A DNA stretch of 64,000 nt from Phoronis australis (lineage: Eukaryota > Animalia > Phoronida), in the NCBI GenBank assembly GCA_002633005.1, contig NMRA01000076.1:372001-436000 (forward strand), in the 5' to 3' direction. The notes beneath the pieces are model-generated. The model saw nothing but the letters and a program-made list of their open reading frames with translations. It was not told the origin of the DNA and did not search any database. The position numbers and the translations under genes are program-made. Below are positions 40,101-52,100 of the stretch, piece after piece; the stretch's first letter is position 1, and each line of letters begins with the position of its first letter.

Positions 40101-43100
40101 CTCCAGACGGACAAGTACGTGAATATTACATGTCTAGACAACAAAGACCGTCAGAGGAACAGGCAGTTGAGAGAGAATCACCACTTGATGTTGATCAACA
40201 AGGTATGTACAAAGGACAGAGACCATCAAAGAAGAAATTTCTTGTTGATCAAAAACAAGAAGCAACAGGCAAACATGGTGTGTCTAAAGCAAAAAAACTT
40301 TCTGAGGAACAAACAGTAGTTGATCAGAAACGGAGAACATCACTTCAAGAAGTTGATCAGCAAGGTATGTATACACAAAAGAGACAGTCTGTCGAACAAT
40401 CTATAGAAAGCCGGAATAAAGCAGCAATGCTTGAGCAAGAAGACCAACAAGCCGGGTATAGTGAGCAGAAGCAACCAGAGCAGCAAGCACCTCTAGATGA
40501 GCAGCATAAGGCGTCCCTGGAACATGTTGACCAACAAGACAAGTGTGAACAGCAGAGGATGTTAGAAGAACAATTTCTTGTTGATCGACAGCAAAGGTCA
40601 TCACAGAAACAAGTTGAACAAAGAAACATGCATGAACTACAGAGACCATCAGACGAAGGACAGAGGGCATCACCGGAAAATTTTGCTGAACATGACACAA
40701 ATAAACAACGAAGGCTGTCAGAGGAACAATCTCTTACAGATCAGCAACAAAGGGCATCACTTAAAGGTGTTGACCAGGGGGTATCTTTGGTGAAACGGCA
40801 ACAAGCAGACCAACAAGATTTGTATAAACAACAAAAAGCATCAGAGGAGCAAGCTGTTGTAGATCAGCAGCAGAGAGCAGCTCTGGAAAAGGTTGACCAA
40901 GACATGCAAAGGCAACTGAATTTTTTGCAGAAAAAGGAGTGTTCGGATCAGCAACACAGGGCTTCACTGGATCAGGTTGGTCAACAAGACATCCAAGAAC
41001 AAGCAGCGTCACATGATCAAAAAGATCAAGATGTTTGTGAACAGCAAAGATTTTCAGGTGAATATGGCCTTCAAGAGCAACACAATGGAACATCAGTCGA
41101 ACAAGCTGATATACAGTACCTTACTAAACAACAGAGACTGCCAGAGGAGCAGAAGTTAGTTGATCAGCAACAGATAGGATTGCATGAACAGGTAGAGCCT
41201 CTGAAAGCACACGAACAGAAGAAGATGCCTGGAAAACAATCCCTTGCAGATCACCAACACGTGGTATCACACGAAGAAGTTGATCAGCAAGAAATGTGTA
41301 AACATAAACAACTTGGACCATTTGAAGAGCAGTCACCAGTGGAACAGCAGCAGAGGACATCACTTGATCAAGTTAATCAAAGCATTGATGAGAAAAAGTT
41401 GGCGTCAGAGGAGTGGTCTTTTGTAGAACAAGGGAGAGTGTCAATCAAATATACTGATCAGCATGAATTTAGTCAACAACAGAGAATGTCAACCGAACAA
41501 TCACTGGTAGATCAACAACAAACGGCATCTCTGGATCAAGTTGATCAAAACATTTATAAGCAACTATCAGAGGAACAATCTTATGTAGATGAGCAGCAGA
41601 GAGCATCACGCGAACATTTTGATCAAAGCACTTACGCGCAACGGACATCATCGGAGGAGCAAATTTTTATAGATCAGCAACCAAGAATATCACTTAAACA
41701 TGTTGACCAACAAGAAAAAAATAAACAGAGAGGACAGACATTTGTTAATGAGCAGCAAAGGGGGTTGCAGGAAAAATATGAACATCGGAGATCTTCAGCT
41801 GAACAATCTGTTGTAGATCAGAAACATGAACAAATTGGTCAACACGTCATGTATAAACAGCAAGGACTAGTAGAGCAGCAGGAGAGTGCATTACAGGACC
41901 AAGTTGACCAACAAAGTATTTATAAACTACAGGGGGATGCTGTTGTGGATGAACAACAAAGGCCATCGCATGGAGAAGTGGATCAACACGATAGCCACAA
42001 ACAAAAGATCCTGTCTGAGAATGGAGTCCTTGATCAACATCATGAAATATCTCTAGACCAAGGTCAACAGCAAGAAGATAAACAACTGAGACCGTCTGAA
42101 GAACAAGCATTGATGGGCGCTCACAAGAGTTTATTACTAACACAAGTTGATCAACAAGTCACGGATCTGTCGCAGATGATGAGTAAGGAGCAAGATCGAA
42201 ATATACCATCTATGGAACAAGCACTTGTGGAACAACAACAAAAAGCATCTCCTGATTATGAAAAATCAGAGCTTGTGGATCGGCAGCAGCAGCACAGGAC
42301 ATTGCTAGAGCAGGTACACCAACTAGCACATAGGGAAGAATATATGCTTGGAGATAAACAACCTGGACTGTCCTTAGAGGAAGTGGAGGAAGGTGGTCAA
42401 CAGGGACTGTGTGGAGATCTCATACCCATTGATGAGCAACATGGTGCATCTCAAGAGGAAAGTGGTCAGCGAATGCTGTCTGAAGAATACCTCCCTAATG
42501 ATCAACAGCAAATAGCGTCACTTGAAAAGCTTAGTCAACAAGTGCTGTCTGAAGAATGCATGCCTGCTGACCAACAACACAAAACTGCTTTGGAGCAAGT
42601 ACATCAAGTAAAGCCGACTGAGGAATGTGTGTTTGTTGATCAACAACATAAAATGTCTGCGGAGCGAGTTGGTCAGATAAGAAAATCTCAAGGACAAATT
42701 GTTGTTGACAAATGGCAGAAGTCGTCTTCAGAGCAAGTTGGTCAGAGAATACCATCTGAAGAACTTGAGTTTTTGAGCCAACAGCAGAGAGGATTTATGG
42801 ATGGAGTTGTTGATCACAAGAAATATTCTGTAGACCAGGTGTTTAGTGGTCAACATCAAAGAGAAGCTCTAGATCAAGCCAATCAATCAAGCCCATTGGA
42901 AGAACAACTGCTTGTTGATCAGCAACAGAGAACAGCTCTACAGCAGACTGCTCAACAGATGTCCTCAGTTGAGCAAGTCCTTGGTGGTCAGGAAGAAAGA
43001 GCATCTCACGAAGAAGGATGTCGACTAACAGCATCTGAAGAAAAAGTGCTCATGAAGCTAGTTGATGATCGTGGACAGTTTGAAGAAGAACTGGCTTTTG

Positions 43101-46100
43101 GTGAACTGCTTGGAACATCTTTAGAGCAAATTGGAAAACAAAAACTACTAAGTGAAGAACATGTGCGTGTGGATCAACAACAAAGATCATCTCTAGAGCA
43201 AGAGCTTGCGCTCAAAGAGCAGAGATCATATCTGAAACAAGTTGATCAACAGAAAACATCTGATGAGCAGGCTATCATTGATCAACATCAGAGAGCTTCT
43301 GTGGAACAAGTTGGTCAGCAAAAGCAATCTGAAGAACAAATTGTTATAGCCCAACAGAAACCATCTTTCAAGCAGGTTGAAGAAAGAAAACTGTCAAAAG
43401 AACAAGAGCTTATGAAACAACAACAAGGAGTTTGTCAGGAGCAGGTTGATCTTCAGGAACCATCTGAGGAGCATGTGCTTGTTAGTCAGAAACAAATGGT
43501 GTCTCTTGAGAGAGTTGGTCAGCAAGGGCCACCTGAACAACAAAATGTTGTCCTTGAAGAAGAGAGAGCATCTCTGGGACAAATTGATCAACAAAAAGCC
43601 GAGGACGACGCTCTAAATGCTCAAGAACTGAGAGGGTCTGTGGAACAAATTGGTAAACAAAAATCAACTGATGAACAAATGCTTGTAGATCAAAAGCAAA
43701 AAATTGAGCAACAGAAACTATCTGAAGAGCAACAGCCTGTTGGTCAACAAGAAGTTGATTTTCAGAAACCAATTGCGGAACAAGTTTGTGTTGATCAGCA
43801 ACCAAGAACATCTCTTGAGCAAGTGGGTCAGCAAAGACAACTTGAAAAGGAAGAGCTTGTGTTTGAAGAACAGATGACATCTTTGGTGGAAATTGGTGGA
43901 TCAGAACCATCAGAAAAACATGCATATTTGGAGAAAGTTAATCAAGAAGAAGGATCTGAAGAACAAGGGTATCTTGAACAGCAGCAGCAACCGCAGAGGG
44001 TATCGTTGAAGCAGGTTGGGCAAAGAAAAACATCTGAAGAGCTCCAGATTTTAGGTCGACAACAACAGGGAGATTTTCCAGAGCAGTTTGACTTTCAGGA
44101 ACCATTCGATGAACAAGTATTTGTTGATTCACGTCATGTTGAGGGAGTTACACAACAAAGATTATCTGAAGCTCTGGTGCTTGCTAAAGGCCAGGAAACA
44201 TCTCTTGAGCCTAGTTCACAGCAAAAGCCTGAAGAACAAGTTAGTCTTCAAGAACCAGTTGTTGACCAAGATCATATGTTTCAAGTAAAGAAAACTTCTC
44301 CTGAGCAACTATCTCAAGAAAGGTCATCTGAAGATCATGTGCTCACCAAACATCAAGAACAATATAGACAACAGAGTTTGACTGGAGTACAAGTAGATGA
44401 ACAGAGAACCTCTCTGAAGCCAGTTGAGAAACAACAGCCATCTGAGGAACAAGTATTTGTTGATCCACGTCATGTTGAGGGAATTACACAACAAAGGTTA
44501 TCTGAGGCTCTGGTGTTTGGAAAAGGCCAGGAAACATCTCTTGAGCCTAGTTCACAGCAAAAGCCTGAAGAACAAGTTAGTCTTCAAGAACCAGTTGCTG
44601 ACCAAGATCATATGTTTCAAGTAAAGAAAACTTCTCCTGAGCAATTATCTCAAGAAAGGTCGTCTGAAGATTATGTGCCCACCGAACATCAAGAACAATA
44701 TAGTCAACAGAGTTTGACTGAAGTACAAGTAGATGAGCAGAGAACCTCTCTGAAGCCAGTTGAGAAACAACAGCCATCTAAGGAACAAGTATTTGTTGAT
44801 CCACGTCATGTTGAGGAAGTTACACAACAAAGATTATCTGAAGCTCTGGTGCTTGCAAAAGGCCAGGAAACATCTCTTGAGCCTAGTTCACAGCAAAAGC
44901 CTGAAGAACAAGTTAGTCTTCAAGAACCAGTTGCTGACCAAGATCATATGATTCAAGTAAAGAAAACTTCTCGTGAGCAATTATCTCAAGAAAGGTCATC
45001 TGAAGATTATGTGCCCACCGAACATCAAGAACAATATAGTCAACAGAGTTTGACTGGAGTACAAGTAGATGAACAGAGAACCTCTCTGAAGCCAGTTGAG
45101 AAACAACAGCCATCTAAGGAACACGCGTTTGTTGATCAGCGACTTAGTGTAGTTCCACTAAGTCGAGTTTCAGAAGAACAACTACATTCTGATGATCATA
45201 AGAAATCTTCATTGATGCCTGCACATGTTGAAACTGGTGTTGAAGAAGAGATCTTGTTCCAGCAAGAAGGGTATTCATTAGGTGACAGCTTTGATGAACA
45301 TCAAAATGATGTTGCGGCCAAACAAGATTCTGTTGAGAAAGAGGCTGTTATACCAGAAAGCAAGCAGCACGTTTACGTAAACAAAGCTGATGTTGGCCAT
45401 GAGGACATGAAACATTCTAAACCTCTGAAGTCTAGTTTTAATGAGCGTGACAGAGAACCAGGAACTCAGAGAACTTCAGTGTCTCAAGCACAACAACAAC
45501 AAAAGCAAGAGAAACAAGAAAAACAAGATGAAGAAAAACACGAACAACAAAAACAGCAGCAACAGAGAAGTTCATTGATGCAGAGAGATTCAGTGACTTC
45601 AGCACGTTCCCAGCATCAAAAACAGAGAGAATCAATAAGCAAATTTAATGAACACCAACAGAGAGATTCTGTGACTTCAGCTCATTCCCAGCAGCAAAAA
45701 CAGAGAGAATCAATGAGCAAATCTAATGAACAAGAACAGAGAGATTCAATGACTTCAGCGCTTCCCCAACAGCAAAATCAGAGAAAATCAATACGCAAAT
45801 CTAAAGAACAACAGAGGGATTCAGTGACTTCAACACCTCAGCATCAAAAACAGGGAGAATCAGTCAGCAAATCCAGTGAACAACAGAGAGAATCAGTGAC
45901 TTCAGCACGTTTCCAGCAACAAATGCAGAGAGAATCAATAAGCATGTCAAGTGAACAACATAGAAATTCAGTGACTTCAGCACGTTCCCAGCGACAAACT
46001 CAGAGAGAATCAATGAGCATGTCTAGTGAACAACTGAGAAATTCAGTGATTTCAGCACATTCCCAACAGCAAAAGCAGAGAGAATCAATAAGGAAATCTC

Positions 46101-49100
46101 ATGAACAACAACAGAGAGATTCAGTGACTTCAGCACGTTCCCAGCAGCAAAAGCAGAGAGAATCAATAAGAAAATCTCATGAACAACAACAAAGAGATTC
46201 AGTGACTTCAACTCGTTCCCAACAGGAAAAGCAGAGAGAATCAATAAGCAAATCTTATGAACAACAACAGAGAGACTCAGTGAGTTCAATTCCTTCCCAG
46301 CATCAAAAACACAGAGAATCAATAAGCAAATCTAGTGAACAACAACAGAGAGACTCAGTGGGTTCAATTCCTTCCCAGCATCAAAAACACAGAGAATCAA
46401 TACGCAAATCTAGTGAACAACAGAGAGACTCAGTGGCTTCAGCATTTTCCCTGCAGCAAAAACAGAGAGAATCCTTAAGCAAATCTTATGAACAACGACG
46501 AGTTTCACCAACTCCACTAGTACAGCTTGAGCAACAGAGAAAGTCTATGACTACACCACTTGAAAAACGAAAAGTGTCGCTGGGCCAGCAATACATATCA
46601 GAGCAACAAGGAAACCAAAGAGATTCGAAAACCCGCGTGAGTTCACCAGGTGTCAGGGGTGAGACTGCACAGCTTCAGCCGACTTCGTTATCTACTAGCG
46701 CAAGTAATGAAAGTGGCATTTCAGTATCCGACCATTTGTCTTTTAATGAAGACCGAGGTAGTTGTTTTGTAAATGAGAAATATACCATATTGCTTCTGGT
46801 GAATAAATTTTGTTAGTTTTTGTTTTGGTGTATTATTGTTGTGTTTTATTTGGTAAATTTGTTGCAGTTTATAATCAGATATTTTGTACTTTTTGTGTTT
46901 CTGGAGTCTGTTCCAGGAAAACTGACTTGCCTAAGACTAACTTACATTTGTCTTAAATGCATTCCAAGAAAATGGTCTTAGTTTGACTTGAGAGTTTTCT
47001 TACTTAGATTTTGTCTTAAATTTGACACAACTTACCGAATGTGGATGTTAGGAGGTTGAGACTAGTCTTAGACTTACGTAAAATTGAACTTAAGTTTGTT
47101 TCTTGGAACGGGTTCCTGTTCTTTTATTCAGTATCATCGTTTTTGTTTCTTTTGTTTACCTTTGTTCATTTCAGTTGACTAATTTGTGTATGGAAGAAAT
47201 AGCAGAGTGCAGAAACACAATTTTCATTAATTTTCCAGTCATTCATAATTATTAATAACAAGAGTCATTGTAGAAAGGTCAGTTGCCAATTAATCACCAT
47301 TAGAACTGAAATCCTTTATACTGCAGAACTGTCTCTAGATTTAGTGTTCATTAAAATGTTTCCAGTTTATGTCTGTCATAGCACAGGAAATAACTAGCGC
47401 GCACTTAACAAACTGATTTGAAATTCAGTCCGCAACCAAATTTGTGGGTTGTATTTCTTAACGCATGCCCACCTTCTGATGTTGCAGACTTTGAAGTGGA
47501 AAAACAACCTCGAGTCGAGAAAACTAACCGACCAAGCCGACAGGGGTTGTCAGAAGAGGTGCCCTCAGAAAATGATGTGAGCCGAAGAAGGTCGTCATCG
47601 ATAAAGAAGCATTATACAGAACTGGTCAAAGTTCAAAGGCCAGAGGTTACAAGGAGGAAGTCTTCGGGAGAGCAGAAGAGTTACACGCAAAGACTTAGTG
47701 AGCTTGCGGCTGAACGTCACAGCTTGTCAGGTATGATTATTTGTTTGCTTTTTCGTCGTGCGATTTTTTCAATTGATGCTTCATATGTTTGCACATGTTT
47801 AGGTGCTTGTTATTTGGTGTAGATTAATTTGGCTGTTGCGTGATAACAAAGGTGCAGTTTAACAATTATTGAAAGGTGCAGGGCTTGGAATTTTCTGCGG
47901 AAATGCGGATTTCCGCTTTTTTCCGCTTTTTTCAAATGTTCTGTCCGCGCATTTTATTATATTTCCGCGTAAAAAAATCAGATTTGATATAAAATTTCCG
48001 CGGCAAATTCCTTTCTTACCGCGGCGTTGCAGATGACGTTCACCTCGAAAAGCGGAAGTTGCTCTTTATGTTTCGGAGGAACGTAAATTGTCAACATTGC
48101 CGGGGCATCTGGGTAAGCGTGGTGGGATTTTCAATGGCGTCTTGTGTTATTGTAAACCACGGCGACAAATACTACTGCTCTGCAGGCAAAAATGTGTGGG
48201 TTGGGAGTGGAAGGACAAGCTAAAAGGACGCAGACACATGCTAGTGATGGTGGCAATGTGTGTTTTTTTTTTTCTAGTCCTCCCGATTTTTGAAAGGTCC
48301 ACCTCGACCATTTCAAGGCTGGGTAGCGCGCATGATTTGGGCCGTAAAAGTTTCCGCGTTTTTTGTCATTGATAATTCCAAGCCCTGAAGGTGGTTCGTG
48401 ATAGTGTGATGCTGCTGTTGTATCTGCAGTATTCACTTTTTATGCGCCCACGTATTTATTTGTGGTCGCATATTGCTGTCATCTGTCCGGCATCCGCAGC
48501 TGTATCTCCTAAACCCTCACAGGATCTTGATGAGATTTGGCAGATGTGTTCCTATGAAGCTGATGACGGAGGATGACGATTTTCGGACCTCTCCAACTAC
48601 CGGTCTGTCCCCTAGTGGCAATTTTAGTTTTTTACGCTTCTGTATCTTCGAAGGCCCTCAACAGATTTTCATAAAATTTGGCAGTTATGCATCTATTAGT
48701 AAAATGTTGCCATCCTGCCGTTTTCGTATTGATTTGAGGTACTTTGTGCCACCTAGTGACTCTTTTTACTGTTTTCGAGTCTGTTTTTGGTGTCCGCCCT
48801 TCTATCAACCAAAGCACTCTAGGGATGATTTTGAAAATTGGCATAGATGTTCTTACTGTGAAGAGGGCGGTTGACGCCTGTGACGCCTCCTACTGGCAGT
48901 TTTGTTTGTTTTTGCGGCCATGGCCGTATCTCCTAAACGCTGTACAGGATTTTTATTGAATTTTTCTGGTGTATTTATATGAAGGTGACAACGGAGGACG
49001 ACGACTTTTGGATGGATTGGACTACCAGACTGAGTGTGCCCCCTAGTGGCAATTCAAGTTTTTTACGTTTACTTCTGTATCTTCAAAGGTCGTCGACAGA

Positions 49101-52100
49101 TTTTCATAAAATTTGGCAGATAGGCACCTATTGGTGAAGTGACACTATCGTTCAGTTTTCAGTTGAATTCAAGACATTTTGTGCCTCCTAGTGGCCATTT
49201 TTACTGGTTTCGGGTCTGTTTTTTGGCATCTGCCTCTTTTTCAACCAAACGTCTCTCAGGATGATTGTGGAAATTGGCAAGTATGTTCCTAATGTGAATA
49301 GGAAGGCTGACGATGATTTTCCGATGACCTCGACAACTGTGGCGCCTCCTAGTGACAGTTTTTTACACCCATGACTGTATCTCCTAAACTCTCTGCAGGA
49401 TCTTAAATTTAGCAAGTGTATTTATATGAACTTGACAACAAATGACGACAACTTTTGGATGGATCCGACTACCGGTGTGCCCCCTAGTGGCAATTTTAGT
49501 TTTTAATTTTACCTCAATGGATTCTCATAAAATTTGGCAGATAGGCATCTATTAGTGAGTTGACGCTATCCTCCGCATTTCGGTTTAAGTCGTGGTATTT
49601 TGTTCCACCCAGTGGCCATTTTTACTGTTTTCGAGTCTTGTTATTTGTCATCTGCCCTCTGTCAACCAAACCACTCTAAGAATGGTTGTGGAAATTGGCA
49701 TGTATGTTCCTAATTTGAAGAGGAAGTCTGACAATGATTTTCTGATGACTTCATCTACTGTGATGCCTCTTAGTGGCAGTTATGTCGTCTTGTGCCTATA
49801 GCCTCCTAATGGCAATTTCATTTTTTTTCGTTTTCCTTCGTTTCTCAGAAGTTCCTCGAGAGATTTTTATGAAATTTGGTAAATAGCTTTGATGACACAT
49901 ACCAATTTTCGGATGGATTTGACGTATTCTGCATCATCTAATGGCCATTTTTATGTTCCAAATAAACACCCCTAGAAGCGCACCATTTGCGATGCATTCA
50001 TGGGCGCATTTCAACGTTCTACGTTGCTCTTGTTATGCAACTTAACGAGGTGGTACTGTTACTTACTTTGTATACAAGTACGTTGAACTTGTCGCTGAAA
50101 CCAGGTACAAATCTCTGAACTCACACTTTGACTGATGATTTATCTACATTTGTTTACTCTACGTGTGCCATGTAACATTTGAGTTGCATTTCTAGTTGAG
50201 AGATTCGATCTTGTGCCCGGGTCATCCATGTTCCTTATACTTTTCAACAGACAAGGAAGAATCTTCTCACAAGGACATTAATAACCAACGCCATGTGAAG
50301 AGTTACGCTGAACGTCACCAGGAGACCGTGAAGCCATCGAGGCGACCCTCGTTGGTGAAGACGCCCTCTAGAGGAAGCGCAATGTCTGTGAAGGCGGGAC
50401 GATCCGAGTCAGCACAGAAATCAACAGGTAAGGAGATACCCAAATCCCAGTGTGGCGACCCCAATGTCCACCACAATAGGTCGAGGTGTGTGGACTATTC
50501 TGGCGGTGTATGATGTTTAGAAGTGCCAGCCTTAGGTTTGGAGCTCGTGTATGGTTGTTGAGGGCTGTGCAATAGGGAATGGCAACTTACCATCATAGAA
50601 CTGATCCCATGCTTTGAATATAATAGTCCTTCTCATGTGGTCAATTCTGTCTCACACGGTTAATTAGGTCATGACAAATGTAAGTTTCAAACTGAAAAAA
50701 ATTCCTGTAGCCCTCAAAAATCTTCCTGTTCAGTGAAGCAATCAAATGAATGGACTCCATTCCATTTGTGGTGTAATCACACTTTACAGAGTGTTTTCTT
50801 CAAAGCATGATTCAAAGATTTTCTGACGCGGAGGTAATAATTTGATTTGTGTTTATTATTTGTTATTAAATTATTTGTTATGTGCTCAACACTGACCACA
50901 TTGCCTACTAAATAAGAGCAACAACATTTCTTTGCAGAGGTGGCTAGACCGTCAACACGTATGCAAGAGGTGACTCAAAGAGGCATGCCTCCTGCTAAGG
51001 GCCCTCGGCACACCCCTCAGACTTACCAAGACACTCTGCATCAACTTCAGCCTCAGAAGGTGCAGCAGGCAGACAGGCCGCAGTCTAGTCAAGCTTATGG
51101 TAGGTGGTCTAGTTGTTGCATTTTGTAAATGTGACAGCAGAGATTTGGAAAGTTGTCCAGCTTGCTGTTTTTTTCATAGCCAAGTTTTCTCCCAAAACCA
51201 CTATAACTTGCACAATCTCTGTCTGGATCATGGTATTGTGTCCCATTCAATTACACACAGTCAATATCTGGGGTGTTAAGGTTTCCCAAAAAAGTAAATG
51301 TGAGAAGGTGGACACCCAAGAGGCATATTAACTGTTACCCTGCTGAGGCATTGGGTTGTATAAATTATTAAGTGCTGATGCCAGCTGAGGCTGAGTCCGC
51401 CTTGTTATTAAAAAGAGGCTGGGTTACTCGTCTTGGAAGAAAATTTGTCGCTAGTTGAAAATGTTAATGAATGATGGAGACAGCAACTTCACTGACTATG
51501 CTTAAGCGATTTCAGGGAGCCTGGATTTGCCAAGTTAGGTTAAGAAATCCATTTTCACTAACTGACATTATTAAGTGCAAGCATTACAAAGTGCAGAGTA
51601 CATTCAGTGATTAACAATGAAATTGGGAATTGTTACATTTTTGTGATGATTTTTAAAAAATTTATTAAAGAGTTTGGGTGAGTGAGGTAACACTAGGCAT
51701 GTCTCTAAGTGAAAACCAGGTTTTTCCCATAATTTGCTTACAGTACTAAGATTGAATTTATTGTTAAACCTTATGGTACTTTTCAACACCTGTAATTAAT
51801 ATTACATGGCTTATTATCTGCGTAGCGATAATTTTGAGATAATTCTGTTCTCCATTTAAGCCCCACCAACGCATAGAGTCTACGCCACACCCCCAGTCCA
51901 GAGCAAGGTGCAGGCCGACGCAAAGGTTCAGAGCAGGGCCTGGTCTGGTGCCCAGGCGCAGAGCAAGGCACGACCTGGCCCCTACCCGGTACCATATGCA
52001 GTTAGTCTTGACTACGACGATGACAGCAGCTCCATCGTCAGTCCATGGAGTGTAAACAGCGACGTGCGGCGCATCCTCCGTGACGACGACGGCCGTGCCT

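Noticed and set aside
39212-46322. Many antisense and alternate-frame ORFs within the giant exon
   Set aside because: Expected shadows of a repetitive, codon-biased coding strand
36860-46816. 3,318-aa ORF as an independent gene, viral gene or transposon ORF
   Set aside because: No enzymatic motifs, TIRs or LTRs seen; splice sites at both ends are in phase with CPLANE1 exons, and conserved CPLANE1 C-terminal exons lie downstream
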